A DNA stretch of 64,000 nucleotides from contig CAWAUV010000008.1 of assembly GCA_963785305.1 (NCBI GenBank), forward strand, positions 832,001 through 896,000, written 5' to 3'. The notes under the pieces were generated by a model that saw only the letters and a list, made by a program, of their open reading frames with translations, ran no database searches and had not been told where the DNA came from. Shown here piece after piece: positions 53,279 through 64,000 of this stretch (the first letter of the stretch is position 1; every line of letters starts with the position of its first letter). This DNA comes from an uncultured Planctomycetaceae bacterium (lineage in GTDB: Bacteria > Planctomycetota > Planctomycetia > Pirellulales > PALSA-1355). Made by a program: the position numbers and the translations under genes.

Positions 53279-54583
53279 CTAGCAACCGACTTCACCCGCC
53301 GTCGGCAGCGGTCGATTCCACAACCACACCACGGGCGCCGAGGCCCGCGGCGCTAGGGCAAGCAATCGCATGGCGGCGGTCACGAGCCGCGGCGAACGGA
53401 GCCCGGTGGCCACGGCGCGGCACAGAAGTCGCCGCCGATCGAGCGAGCGCCGCTGGCTCTCGGCCCAAGCTTCGGCGGCCGCTTCGCTCCAAGCGCGCCG
53501 CGCCGCGAGCGCCGGCGCCACGACACCTTGCGCGGCGGCCAGGGCCCAGCCGATGCCTTCGCCCGTAAACGGCTCGACATAACTCGCCGCGTCGCCCAAC
53601 ACGTAGAGCCGAGTGGCATATGGTTTATGCAGCCGATGCGTCAGCGGCGGAGTGCCGCTCCACGCGGCGCCGCGAGTGTGGCCCAGCGCTTCGGCCCAGT
53701 GCCCGCGGCCAGCCTCCGTTAGAATCGTGGCCACGGCCGCCGCTGGGCTCCGCGCCGCGGCCACGAGCCCGCGCTCGACCGCCGCGGCGACCATCAGGCG
53801 CCCGCCCGAGATGGGCGCGAGACCCACATAGCCTTGCCGCCCGACCGTCATATGGATCATGCCGGGCTCGACCTCGATCGATGGCCTGACGCCTCGCGAG
53901 CAGTCGTCGGGCGACACACCGCCGGGGTCGCCGTTCAAAGCAATCTCTTCCGCGCGCAGCACCACGCCCACGCCGATTCGCGATCGCGGGGCCACGCGGT
54001 TTTCGCGGCTGAGCTCAGCGGGCAGGCCGGCCAAGGCGAGCCCATCGGCCGCGAGCACGACACTGGCTCGGCAAACGCTTGGCCGCCCCTCGGGACCCTG
54101 CAGCCGAACCAATCGCCAGGATTCCTCGACCGCGCCGACTTCGGCCGTGGTGCGCGGCAGAAAGAGAGCGCCGGCCCCGATCGCCGCCTCGACCAGCAGC
54201 GCATCAAGGTCGCGGCGCGGCAGCGCCAAGCCGGGCGGGATCGGAAACTCGGCTTGCCGGCCCGCGGCGTAGAGCCGCACCGCGCGCGTGGGCGTCGCCA
54301 GCGCATGGGTCAGCTCCGTTTCGAGGCCGGCGGCCTTGAGTAGCGCAACCGCCTGATGGCTCACGCAGCCGCCGCAAACCTTGTCGCGGGGAAATGCCTT
54401 GCGTTCGACCAGCAACACCCGCGCTCCACGCCGCGCGAGCAAGAGCGCCGCCAGCGCTCCGGCCGGCCCGGCGCCGACCACGATCGCATCCCACGTTCGC
54501 GCGGCGACATGTTCTAGCTCGAGAGGCGCGGCGTCGCTCGGCGTGTCTTGGCCATCGCGCGAGGAGCGGAGAGACTTGGCCAC
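53279..54583 (-). CDS. FAD-dependent oxidoreductase (geranylgeranyl-reductase-like)
   Basis: VGAGPAG, FPRDKVCGG, GDAASYVEPFTGEGI. Confidence 0.88.
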   Translation of the reverse strand: MAKSLRSSRDGQDTPSDAAPLELEHVAARTWDAIVVGAGPAGALAALLLARRGARVLLVERKAFPRDKVCGGCVSHQAVALLKAAGLETELTHALATPTRAVRLYAAGRQAEFPIPPGLALPRRDLDALLVEAAIGAGALFLPRTTAEVGAVEESWRLVRLQGPEGRPSVCRASVVLAADGLALAGLPAELSRENRVAPRSRIGVGVVLRAEEIALNGDPGGVSPDDCSRGVRPSIEVEPGMIHMTVGRQGYVGLAPISGGRLMVAAAVERGLVAAARSPAAAVATILTEAGRGHWAEALGHTRGAAWSGTPPLTHRLHKPYATRLYVLGDAASYVEPFTGEGIGWALAAAQGVVAPALAARRAWSEAAAEAWAESQRRSLDRRRLLCRAVATGLRSPRLVTAAMRLLALAPRASAPVVWLWNRPLPTAGEVGC

Positions 54584-54588
54584 GGCCG

Positions 54589-55320
54589 TTACCTGCGGTC
54601 CCACACGAGAAAGAATCGTAGCGGCCAATGCCGCGTGAGCCGGGCGCCGGTGAGTCCGGCTCGCTCGGCCATGGCCCGCGCTTCCGAAAGGGTGAAGGCG
54701 GCTCGCGCCGAGACCGGGCCATCGACTCTCGCGATATAGCTTCGGGTGAGCACCCGACAGGCGACTTGGGTCAGCCAATAGCCGGCCCGACTGCGAATCA
54801 GATCATCGACCAGCGCCTTTCGTCCGGCCGCCGCGCGCATTCGCTCGAGCAGCGAAACGGCGGTCGCTTCGTCGAGATGGTGCATGAACAGCGACGACAT
54901 CACGACATCGAAGCCCTCGGGAAGCGGGTCGTCGATCACATTGGCCACGCGGTAGTCGAGCCGCACATCGCTCGGCGGCGAACCGGCCCGCGCGGCATGG
55001 CCCCGCGCCATGTCGACCGCCGCGGAACTGATATCGAGCCCGATGAATTCGGCGGGCACGCGCGCCGCGACGGCTCGTTGGGCAACGCCGAGCAGCACAT
55101 CGCCGCCGCCGGAAGCCAAGTCGAGCACCCGGAGCGGACGGTTGCCGGTGGCGAGCGGCGCGATTTCGCGCCAAATGCGGTGACTCACGCGGCTCAGCGC
55201 ATTGACGCGGGCCAGCGCATCGAGCGCGCTGCGATGCTCGACCAGGGGCAGATCGGGCCCGTCCATGATTTCCGGCGTGCGCTGCCGCACAAAGCCGGAG
55301 GTTCCATCGCCGGTGGTCAT
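54589..55320 (-). CDS. SAM-dependent methyltransferase
   Basis: EIMD, VLDLASGGGD, SLFMHHL, DGPVS..AAFT. Confidence 0.88.
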   Translation of the reverse strand: MTTGDGTSGFVRQRTPEIMDGPDLPLVEHRSALDALARVNALSRVSHRIWREIAPLATGNRPLRVLDLASGGGDVLLGVAQRAVAARVPAEFIGLDISSAAVDMARGHAARAGSPPSDVRLDYRVANVIDDPLPEGFDVVMSSLFMHHLDEATAVSLLERMRAAAGRKALVDDLIRSRAGYWLTQVACRVLTRSYIARVDGPVSARAAFTLSEARAMAERAGLTGARLTRHWPLRFFLVWDRR

Positions 55321-55706
55321 GAGTTGTTCTTCCTCGCCACGGTTAGCAGCCTGTTCGATTTCAATGTTTCAACAGGCTGTTAGAAGTTCCGCCGCGTGCG
55401 AGGATCGCGAACGAACGGGAGTCTTCGGGGGCAACCGGCGCCAGCTATCATGGTTTCTATTCGGCGATTCGGCCAGCGGCGCAATTGTGAAAAAATAGTT
55501 GGCGATCGGCTCGCGCTCTGCGGCGCGCTTCGCGAACCGCTCTCGGCGCCCCCACTCTGGGCATTGCCGGTTGTGCGATTGTTCTCGTTCGCGATTTTTC
55601 GTAGTATCCGCCGCCCACCACATTTTTTGCCGGCCATGCGACCGCTTTTTGGGAAATTCGAGGCTCGCGGGCGGCATCGGGGGGCGGATTTCAAGGAGAC
55701 AGAACC

Positions 55707-57098
55707 GTGGCGCACGCGAAAGCGAATTTCGGCCGGGAAGTCAAAATCGGGCTCGCGCTCGTGGGCACGTTGCTGGTGACGTTTGTGCGCTGCTGGCGCG
55801 GCGCTTGATGTCGACCGCGACGGAGGAGCCGTTTCCGGCGTCGGTGGCCTCGAGCGACGGCGATGGCGGCGCGGCGTTGCCGCCCCCCCAGCCGATTGCC
55901 GCGGCGCCGATAGCGGTCGGCGGACCGCTTGCGGCCGACGCGCCCCTTGCGGTTGATGGCCCAATCGGCGACGTCGATGCGCCGCCCACTCGTCCCTTCC
56001 GTCCGCGTCGCGATGATGCTCGTGAGATTGCGCGCGACGCGGTCGATGCCACGCCCGCTGTTGCGTCGATGGCGGCGCCGGTTGCGTTTCAAGAGGCCGC
56101 GCCTCCGAGCGAGCCGGATCCCACGAACGCGGGCCAGGCGCCCGATTCGAGCGCGGCGCCGTTTGAAACGCCGCCCGCCGACCCGGCGTCGCAGCCGGTG
56201 GCCGACAGCGCCGCGCCGCCATTTCAGCCCGTTTCCTCGGTCGCCGATCCCGGCGGCGAGCCTTCCGGGAGCGCGCCGTTCGGCGCCGGGACCGCGGATG
56301 CCGCAAGTAGCCCCGCCCCGAATACGCAAGACACAAATTCGCCGGGTGCCGGATTCGAGTAGCGCCGTGCCCACGCCCGCTGGTGGCAATGGGGCGCCTG
56401 ACGCCGCGCCGCCGCAGTTCATCGCGCGAGGGCCGCTACGCTCGACCGACGACCCCAGCGCAGTGAACGATGCCCGCTTTCGGGCGCCGGATCGCGCGGT
56501 GGACCTTGCTCCGGTCGCGCCCGTGAGCGGCTACGACAATCCGCCTGGTGGTTCGCCCAGCGGCGACGCCGGCGATGCGCCTCCCGCCGCCGCGCCGGGA
56601 ATGAGTGTTCCCGGCAAGTATGTGGTGCAGCCCAACGACAATTACTGGACGATTTGCGAAAAGGTCTATGGCGCCGGCGCCTTCTTCAAAGCGCTCCAGC
56701 AGTACAATGGCGGCTTGGGCCCCAGCGCGGCCCGGCTGCAAGTGGGCGAGGTGGTGGAAGTGCCGCCGACCACGGTCTTGCGGCAAAAATTCGGCGAGCT
56801 TTGCCCCAAGCCGCGGCGCGAGCAAGCGGCCTCGCGCATGCAGCCTGTATCGGCCGGACCGCGACAGTGCGCCGGAGCGACGATCTACACCGTCGAGCAA
56901 GGCGATACCCTGTTCGACATTGCTCGGCATCAGCTCGGCAAGGCCTCGCGCTGGATCGAAATCTACGACATGAATCGCGAAGCGCTGGGCGACGACTTTC
57001 ATTATTTGCGTCCGGGCACGGAGTTGGTCATTCCGAACGCGGCGGCCCAATCGGCGGAATCGCTTACGCGTCAGCCGGGCGGCGCCATGCAGCGCTAG
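55707..57098 (+). CDS. Membrane-anchored protein with two LysM domains (frameshifted)
   Basis: AAGGAG RBS, GTG start, N-terminal TM (EVKIGLALVG); YVVQPNDNYWTI; YTVEQGDTLFDIA. Confidence 0.82.
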
Positions 57099-57145
57099 TC
57101 ACTTGGCGCTTTTCACGCGGCGACCTTCACACCGCCTGCCGGCGG

Positions 57146-59382
57146 CTACATTCGTCGAGCATGCGTGCGCAGGGTCGCGGCGTCGATCGGTTTGACGAGG
57201 TGGTGCGAGAAACCCGCCTCGAGTGATCGCTCGCGATCTTCTTTTTGACCATAGCCGGTCAGAGCGATCAGCATCATGCGATCGAATCTCGCGTCGGCGC
57301 GAAATGTGTGCGCCAGTTCGTAGCCGTTCATGCCCGGAAGCCCGATATCGACAAAGGCCACGTCGGGCTGGGTTTTGGCGGCGAGCTCGAACCCCTCGGG
57401 CCCCGTGGCGGCCCAGTGTGGGTCGTGTCCGTAGCGGGCCAAAAGCGCCTGCATAATGCGGCCGATATCGGGCTGGTCCTCGACGATGAGCACTTTGAGC
57501 GGCGCCGGCCTGCGCCGCGTGTCACCTCGTCGCTGGAAGCGTTGCCCGGCCGCGGCTTCGCCGAGTTCGCGGTCAGTGGGAGCTCGACCACGAATTCGCT
57601 TCCCTTGCCGAGTCCCTCGCTAGTGACCGTGACCGTGCCGCGATGCAGTTTCACGGCGCTGCGCACAAGGGTGAGCCCCACGCCCAAGCCCGCCGCCGAG
57701 CGGTCGAGATCGGGGCGCACCTGGGCAAACAGGTCAAACATGCTTGGGATGCGCGAGCTATCGAGACCGATGCCGGTGTCGCGCATGCGCACCCTCGCCA
57801 CGGCGCCTTCGCTCCGGGCCACGAGATCAATCTTTCCGCCCGGCTCGGTGAACTTCGCGGCGTTGGAGAGCAACTGCGCGAAAACTTGTTCGAGCCGCGC
57901 GGCGTCGCCTTCGACTTCGAGCACTCCGCGGGGCAGGTCGACGCGAAGCTCGAGCTGGCGAGATTCGATCAGGGGCCGCGCTGCTTGCACCGCCGCCTTG
58001 AGCGGTTCGGTCAGGTCGAGCGGCGCCAGGCGCAATTTCGCCGCGCCCGCGGTGAGCTTGGCAAGGTCGAGCATTTCGTTTACCAGTCGGGTCAGATGTT
58101 GGACTTGTCGCCTCAGAATGGCGAGCGCTTGTTGATAGATCGGCTCCTGGGGAGGATGGGTCGAGATCAATTCTCCGGCGCCGGCGAGCGCGGCCAGCGG
58201 ATTGCGAAGCTCATGTCCGAGCATGGTCAGCATCGCGTCTTTCGCGCGATTGTTTTGCATGAGCTCCATTTCGACTTCCTTCAGATGCGTGATATCCATG
58301 AACGCGCCGACGGAGCCGCGGCATTTATGCTCGTCGTCGAATAGCGGCGCCACGGAGGAGAGCACGCGGATCGAGGCGCCATTGGCCCGGCGAATTTCAA
58401 GTTCCTGGTTCACCAGGGGTTGGCCCGTGGCGGCCACTTGTCGCATCGGAAAAGCGTCGGCCTCGAGCTGCGCGCCATCGCGCAAAATCCGGTAACTCGG
58501 CGGTTGATGCCCGATCGACGCCACCGGAGAGGCGTTGCCATCGGGCGACACGCCGAACATGTCGGCCAAGAGGCTGTTGACGGCTAAGTGCCCGCAAGCC
58601 GGATCGCTGGACAAGCCGAGCCCCACCGGGGCGAGCTCGAACAGCGTTTCGAGTTCATGCACCCGATCTTGCAGCTCGCGATTGAGCTCGCGGATCGTGG
58701 CTTGGGCCGCGCGCGATTCACTTAGATCGATCGCGTAGCAGATGCAGTGGGTCTTGTCGGGAGCGGTGTCGAGCCGCGCGCTGCCAAACAGCACCGGCAC
58801 GCGCGTGCCGTCGCGGCGGAGAAACTCTTTTTCATAAGGCTTGGCCAAGCCGCGGCGATCCAATTCATCGAGCGCCGCTAGATCCGCGCCGTCGAACTCG
58901 GCCGGCGTGAGGCTTCGCCAATTGATCCGCCCGGCCAGGAGGTCTTCGCGCGGATAGCCGATCATGGTGAGAAACTTGTCGCTCGCGTCGGTCACCCGGC
59001 CATCGACCTCGATGAACAACACGCCGATGGCGTCCATTTCGACCAGCCGCCGAAAGCGAATCTGTTCGGCCTCGCGCAGGGCTTCGGCCGCGAGATGCGT
59101 TCGCATGTCGCGGCGCACGAGCGCGTACACCGCTCCCAGCAGGAGCAGGGCGCCGATCGTCGAGTTGAGCACTCCGATCACGGCGCTGCGCTTGCTGTAG
59201 TTCAACTCGTCGGTCCAGCCGCCGTCGGGCTGGCCTTCGCTGGCTTTGCGAGCATCGGCCGCAATGCGGTCGAGATAGTAATACGATAGCGCGCCATTCG
59301 ACGCGATCAGCGCGAACAGAAACAGAATTCCCAACAGCGCCGGCACACCCAAGATTCGGTTCATGGAAGGACCGCGCGGCAA
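57146..59382 (-). CDS. PAS hybrid sensor histidine kinase with C-terminal REC (frameshift near 57495)
   Basis: LGHELRNPL, LLSNAAKFT, GLGVGL, DIGLPGMNGY. Confidence 0.9.
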
Positions 59383-59584
59383 AAATGAGGGGAAGACTTC
59401 ATCGGCCTCGCTCGCGATCGCCGGACACGAAGTTCGCGACGCCGCGCCGTGATCGCAACGCTCTCGGGCGCCGCGAGAGGCCCCGGAGCGTCGACTCGCG
59501 TTTCATGAAAACCGAACCCATGCATCTCGAGGACCAGCCGGTAGGTTCTCGCGGCGAGAACGCGGGGCGAGCCGATGCGAGCCG

Positions 59585-61069
59585 TCATTCCTCGGTGGCG
59601 CCGGCCAGCGATTCCTCGTCGGCCGAAGCGTCGTCGATCGTGACGACCGGATCGATGTTGATATGCAGTTGCCGAATCTTGTTGCGGAGGCAGCCCCGCG
59701 TGATGCCGAGGATCTTGGAGGCGCGGGATTGATTGCCGCTGGTGTGGCGGAGCACATGCGTCAGCAATTGTCGCTCGAGCATCGCCACGGCGTCGGCATA
59801 CAGCGTGTTGCTGCCGGAGCGCAGCTCGGACTGGATGAATTGTTCGAGCGACGAGGTGAGCACATGCCCCCCCGCGGCGCCGTTGGAAGCGCCCGCCGGC
59901 TCGCGAATCTCATCGGGAAGAAAGTCGGGCACGAGCCGCGGACCGGTCGCCCGCAAGATCGACTGCCGCAACACGCTTTGCAACTGCCGCACATTGCCGG
60001 GCCAGGGAAATCGCTCCAAGATCGCCATCGTGTCGGGCGAAACATCCGAGACCTTTTTGCCGAGCTCAAGGCTGCAGCGCACCAGATAGTGCTGCACCAG
60101 TCGGGGAATGTCCTCGCCGCGATCGCGCAGCGGCGGCAGAAAGATCGTGAAGCCATTGAGCCGATAGAAGAGGTCGGCCCGGAACTGGCCATCGGCCACC
60201 ATTTGATCGAGATCGCGGTGGGTGGCGGCGATGATGCGCACATCGGTTTGAATCGTCTCGTGACCGCCGACGCGCTCGAAGCGTTGGTCTTGCAACACGC
60301 GGAGCACTTTGCTCTGCGAGAGCGGGGTCATGTCGCCGATTTCATCGAGAAACACCGTACCCCCCGAGCACTGTTCGAATTTACCGATCCGCCGCGAATC
60401 GGCGCCCGTGAACGCGCCTTTCTCGTGGCCAAACAGCTCGCTCTCGAGGAGCGCTTCGGGAATCGCCGCGCAGTTCACGGCCAAGAACTTGCTCGACTTG
60501 CGGGGACTATGTTGATAGATCGCGCGGGCAATCAGCTCCTTGCCGGTGCCGCTCTCGCCGCGGATCAATACCGTGGCGCTTTGGCCGGCCACGCGGCCGA
60601 TCGCTTTGTAGACTTCCTGCATCGGCGCGCAGCGGCCGACCAGCGCGTCGCTGGCCGAACTGGGCGCCTCGGAATGTTCGGCCAGAGTCACCGGCACATG
60701 CATTAGGCGGCGAATCGCGAGCGCTTTGTCCACCAACTCGCGCACCCGCGGAAAATCGAGCGGCTTGACCAGATAATCAAACGCCCCGAGCATCATGGCG
60801 TCGATCGTCGTGTCGCTGTCGCCGCTGGCGCTAATGACCAGAATCGGAATGCGGGCATCGTAGCGGTGAATGCGCTCGAAGGTCTCGAGGCCCGATTCGT
60901 CGGGCAGCATCACGTCGAGGATCACGACATCGGGGTCAGCCTCGCCCACGACCGCCAAACCCTCTTTGGCCGAGGCGGCCGTCAGCACGCGCATGTCGGG
61001 CTCTTGAAACAGACGCTCGAAGACATGGAGGATCTCGGGATCGTCGTCGATGACGAGAAGCGTCGACAT
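59585..61069 (-). CDS. Sigma-54-dependent response regulator (NtrC family)
   Basis: REC domain; GESGTGKE; GAFTGA; WPGNVRQL; Fis-type HTH. Confidence 0.95.
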   Translation of the reverse strand: MSTLLVIDDDPEILHVFERLFQEPDMRVLTAASAKEGLAVVGEADPDVVILDVMLPDESGLETFERIHRYDARIPILVISASGDSDTTIDAMMLGAFDYLVKPLDFPRVRELVDKALAIRRLMHVPVTLAEHSEAPSSASDALVGRCAPMQEVYKAIGRVAGQSATVLIRGESGTGKELIARAIYQHSPRKSSKFLAVNCAAIPEALLESELFGHEKGAFTGADSRRIGKFEQCSGGTVFLDEIGDMTPLSQSKVLRVLQDQRFERVGGHETIQTDVRIIAATHRDLDQMVADGQFRADLFYRLNGFTIFLPPLRDRGEDIPRLVQHYLVRCSLELGKKVSDVSPDTMAILERFPWPGNVRQLQSVLRQSILRATGPRLVPDFLPDEIREPAGASNGAAGGHVLTSSLEQFIQSELRSGSNTLYADAVAMLERQLLTHVLRHTSGNQSRASKILGITRGCLRNKIRQLHINIDPVVTIDDASADEESLAGATEE

Positions 61070-61267
61070 AAGGACTCGTGCTGGTGCGAGGAGGCTCTTT
61101 CGGTGAGCAAAATGGCGAGCGAGATAAAAACGAATGGGCTGGAAGCCATTCGGATCGTTTGATTTTATGCTAATCGGCCTTCGCGGCATAGTCGCCGCGA
61201 TTCCCACGAGGCGCCTCCAAAGGAGGAATCGCCGCGATCTTGGGCGGAATCGCGGCGGCCTGTCCCG

Positions 61268-62212
61268 TCACTGCGAGCCGGTCTGTTCGCCGCGCGATTC
61301 AAGCCGCACGCCCTCGAGCGGCGAGCGTCCGTACCGCACATGCACATATTCGATCCATCCTTGGTCGAGGGTCTTGGGCCAAGCCCCGCGGGCAAAGGTG
61401 GCGGTCTTTTTTACAATGGCTTCCGGCAATTCCAACACCCACCGCGATTGGTTCGCCGGCGCCACAAAAGCACTCAGCGGCAACGGTCGCAATTGATCGT
61501 CGGGCAAATCACGGGAACTGATCGCCGCATAGGCAATGCGTCCGCCGGGCACCAGGATCGCCAGACCGACAATTTTGCCAAGCACTTGCCGATCGGCATT
61601 GATGACCTCCGTGTCGCGGAGCTTCGACCAGGGAATCAGCTCCTTGGCGGGATCATATTTTCGCCCGCTCGCGGCCTCGGAGCCCGCGGGACGCGTTTTT
61701 TCGATCACTTTCGCGGCCCAGGCGCGAGTCCAGCCGCCATCGGGCCGAGCCGAGGGACAGTTTTTCAAATCGGCGTCGGACATCGCAATCACGAGCGGCT
61801 TACCGGCGGCGCCATCGGTTCCGGCTCGTTGGGCAAAGGCCGTCCGCACGCGCCGCCAGGGAACCCAGCGGGCCGAGTCTTTCAGGTCGTTCTTGGCGCC
61901 CTGGTTCGTGTCGGAATCGTGCTTCGCCGCCCCGGCCGGTTCCGCCAACAGCATCACGAGTCGGCCGACTTCTTCATCGAGTAGCGCGTCGGTCGTTTTC
62001 CAATGGGCGCCGTCGGAAGTGGTCCAATCCATGGCGACCAGCGAACCGATCGGCAAAATCGGGCCGAGTTCGGCCTCGGGGCCGTCATCGTCGTTGGTTG
62101 CCAGCGATGGTTGTTCAGCGTCCGCATGGCCCGCCGGGCGATCAGCCGTCCAGGCACAAACGGCCAGAGTGCCCAACACGATTACCAGCCAGGATCGTAG
62201 GAATGCAGTCAT
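61268..62212 (-). CDS. Secreted PRC-barrel protein
   Basis: Signal peptide; SKLRDTEVINADRQVLGKIVGLAI…GRIAYAAIS. Confidence 0.7.
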   Translation of the reverse strand: MTAFLRSWLVIVLGTLAVCAWTADRPAGHADAEQPSLATNDDDGPEAELGPILPIGSLVAMDWTTSDGAHWKTTDALLDEEVGRLVMLLAEPAGAAKHDSDTNQGAKNDLKDSARWVPWRRVRTAFAQRAGTDGAAGKPLVIAMSDADLKNCPSARPDGGWTRAWAAKVIEKTRPAGSEAASGRKYDPAKELIPWSKLRDTEVINADRQVLGKIVGLAILVPGGRIAYAAISSRDLPDDQLRPLPLSAFVAPANQSRWVLELPEAIVKKTATFARGAWPKTLDQGWIEYVHVRYGRSPLEGVRLESRGEQTGSQ

Positions 62213-62767
62213 GCGAAAAACTCCGGCGTTCGGCCCAGGGCGTCCAACTTGTGGCAAAAAATGCAGTTGCGACGAAAGATCACCTGGAAACGCGAACTCG
62301 GGCGGCGGTTAGTGCAATTCGTATACCTTGGCCCGTTTTTCGGCGGGCGCCGACTCTCCCATGGGCTCTGGGCGCCCAATGCGTTTGTCAACGCATAACT
62401 TTGTCCGGCGCCATGGCCCACGCTTGCATGGGCATGTCTTATTGCGGTGTTCGACCACGGATGCCCAGGCAAGCGTTGGCAAGGCACTTCAGATGGCTGC
62501 ATCGTTTTGAGACAGCCTGCGTTAATGTGCGACGTTTTCTCGACATGCGCCGCATGTTTCACGCCAGCGGGCGTCGCGCGACTTCAGCGGACTGGTCGCT
62601 TGCGGCACACCGAAAGCCCGTCGTGCGGCTCGATTTGTGGTCGCTGATCGAGCAGGTTGATCGTCTTGCGACCGGCAAACGGCGCCGATGACCCACAACT
62701 TCGCTCGGAATTCGACGGACACCGATCGGCAAAAATAAATGTTGACCTCGCAAGGCCCCTCGAGCGG

Positions 62768-62783
62768 TGGCACGCCAAGTGCT
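62768..62783 (+). promoter_or_regulatory. Sigma-54 -24/-12 promoter
   Basis: TGGCACGCCAAGTGCT (GG-N10-GC), ~125 bp upstream of the 62909 ORF. Confidence 0.65.
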
Positions 62784-62908
62784 CTTGAAAGTCCTCCAGA
62801 TCGGATCGAGGTTTCCCTCCCCGATCGCTCTGGCTTTCAAGAACCGCGTTGGGGTTTTCCAAACGCCCGCAAGCGAGTTTAGCTATCTCACAGGGAGTTT
62901 TTACAATC

Positions 62909-63121
62909 ATGTACAAAAAAGCAACCAGCGAACGACGGATGTCCGACTCGGCTCACAATCAACCAGGTTTCATGCCCTCGGCGAGTGAAGTGTGGGCCGC
63001 GGCGCGTGAAATTCGCCAAAGCTGGAGCACCTCCGAGCGCGAGCGACGGCATTCGCGGGCCGAGGTGAGTCAATGGACGTTGTTAGGCCGACTCCAAGGC
63101 GCGAAATCGATCGCGGGTTGA
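62909..63121 (+). CDS. Small hypothetical protein (EIRxxWSxxERxxR motif)
   Basis: GGGAG RBS; PSASEVWAAAREIRQSWSTSERERR. Confidence 0.55.
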   Translation: MYKKATSERRMSDSAHNQPGFMPSASEVWAAAREIRQSWSTSERERRHSRAEVSQWTLLGRLQGAKSIAG

Positions 63122-63209
63122 TACAAAGAGAAGCCGCTCCCCGGCGCGACCGATGTTAGCCTGACGGAACGACCGAGTCGCCAGCGAGGGCGGACGAAGA
63201 GGCAAAACC

Positions 63210-63671
63210 ATGGGCACGGTGCAAAATATGTCGACGCTCGGATCAAAATGGAACGGAAGCAGTCCGGCGCCGAGCAAAGGCAACGCGGCGGCGGGCCGCG
63301 GTCAAACCGATTCGGTCGATGGCGACATCTTCAAGGTGCAGGGTATCTGCCAGCCCGATGAAGCGATTCGCCGCTTGGGTGGCCTGCCGGACCTCTATGC
63401 CGATATCGTGGGGCGACTGCTCGACGATGCTTCGGGCGTGTATGCCCGGCTTACGGCCGCGGTCGCGGCGGAAGATCCGACGCGGTCGCGTGCCGCTGCT
63501 CATAGTCTCAAAGGTCTGGCTCTCATGTGTGGCGCCGTAGGCTTGGGCGACGCCGCGCGAGCGCTCGAAGACGCCACGCGGCCAGGAGTGCTGCCGCCGT
63601 GGAAGCCGTTGATGACTCGGATCGATGGTGAGATGACGCAAGCCCGACTACTTCTCTCGCCATATCGCTGA
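63210..63671 (+). CDS. Hpt phosphotransfer protein
   Basis: AIRRLGG…AAHSLKGLALMCGA. Confidence 0.85.
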   Translation: MGTVQNMSTLGSKWNGSSPAPSKGNAAAGRGQTDSVDGDIFKVQGICQPDEAIRRLGGLPDLYADIVGRLLDDASGVYARLTAAVAAEDPTRSRAAAHSLKGLALMCGAVGLGDAARALEDATRPGVLPPWKPLMTRIDGEMTQARLLLSPYR

Positions 63672-63723
63672 AAGATTCGTGGCGCCGAGTAGGCATTATG
63701 CTCGACGCGGTGTTTCGTTGCTT

Positions 63724-63739
63724 GGGCACGATAAGTGCC
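63724..63739 (+). promoter_or_regulatory. Sigma-54 -24/-12 promoter
   Basis: GGGCACGATAAGTGCC (GG-N10-GC), ~90 bp upstream of the 63830 ORF. Confidence 0.55.
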
Positions 63740-63829
63740 CCTTGACGTTCTCGACAACGACGCCCCGCTCTTGTGTGGCGACGGGCGATTTTTTTCGAGG
63801 AACTTTTTTCCATAGAGGGAGTTTTCATC

Positions 63830-64000
63830 ATGACACGATCCGCAAACCATGATGTCCGTCGCGCTGGCGCGGCGGCGGAACGCTTGGCCGATACCGTGGC
63901 GGGCGCCGTTCGCGATATGCCCGAACATCTGAAGCATCTCAACGAACAATTGGGCAAACGGGCCGGCCAGGGCCTGGATGCGGTGGGTTCCGCGGCCAAT
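63830..64000 (+). CDS. Partial helical protein, possibly ElaB/YqjD (DUF883)-like; runs off right edge
   Basis: GAGGGAG RBS; MTRSANHDVRRAGAAAERLADTVAGAVRDMPEHLKHLNEQLG open to window end. Confidence 0.5.
   Translation, partial: MTRSANHDVRRAGAAAERLADTVAGAVRDMPEHLKHLNEQLGKRAGQGLDAVGSAAN

Overview
GC-rich bacterial chromosome segment with many Planctomycetota hallmarks (DUF1559 prepilin-type protein, 'LExRxLLS' export motifs, planctomycete-type dockerin, BBP7-like beta-barrel), probably Pirellulales-like. About 20 single-base frameshifts, including in kdsA and rodA, indicate an unpolished long-read assembly rather than pseudogenes. The main feature is a ~13.0 kb element integrated in the 3' end of tRNA-Val(CAC) and bounded by 74-bp direct repeats (12067-12140 and 25092-25165). 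It has the layout of a phage satellite/PICI: tyrosine integrase, two Xis-like HTHs, AlpA, Prim-Pol/DUF3987 replicase and a candidate iteron origin. It has no capsid, portal, terminase, tail tube or lysis genes, yet carries a three-gene tail module (tail assembly chaperone, tape measure protein, post-TMP tail protein) between alpA and the primase. This suggests a tail-remodelling satellite. The integrase ORF reads through attL, and excision would fuse it in frame to a start-less 53-codon segment beside attR (…DPDLSAVIDAWPALPAAIRRAILALVGD), so its C-terminus depends on integration state. The rest is host DNA: S53, S41, S49 and C45 peptidases, di-heme protein, RodA, KaiC-like ATPase with hybrid kinase, envelope genes (kdsA, ArnT-like, LysM, sulfotransferase), type-III-PKS-type tailoring genes without a PKS, and an NtrC/Hpt locus with two sigma-54 promoters. 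Family assignments come from motif recognition by eye, not database searches.
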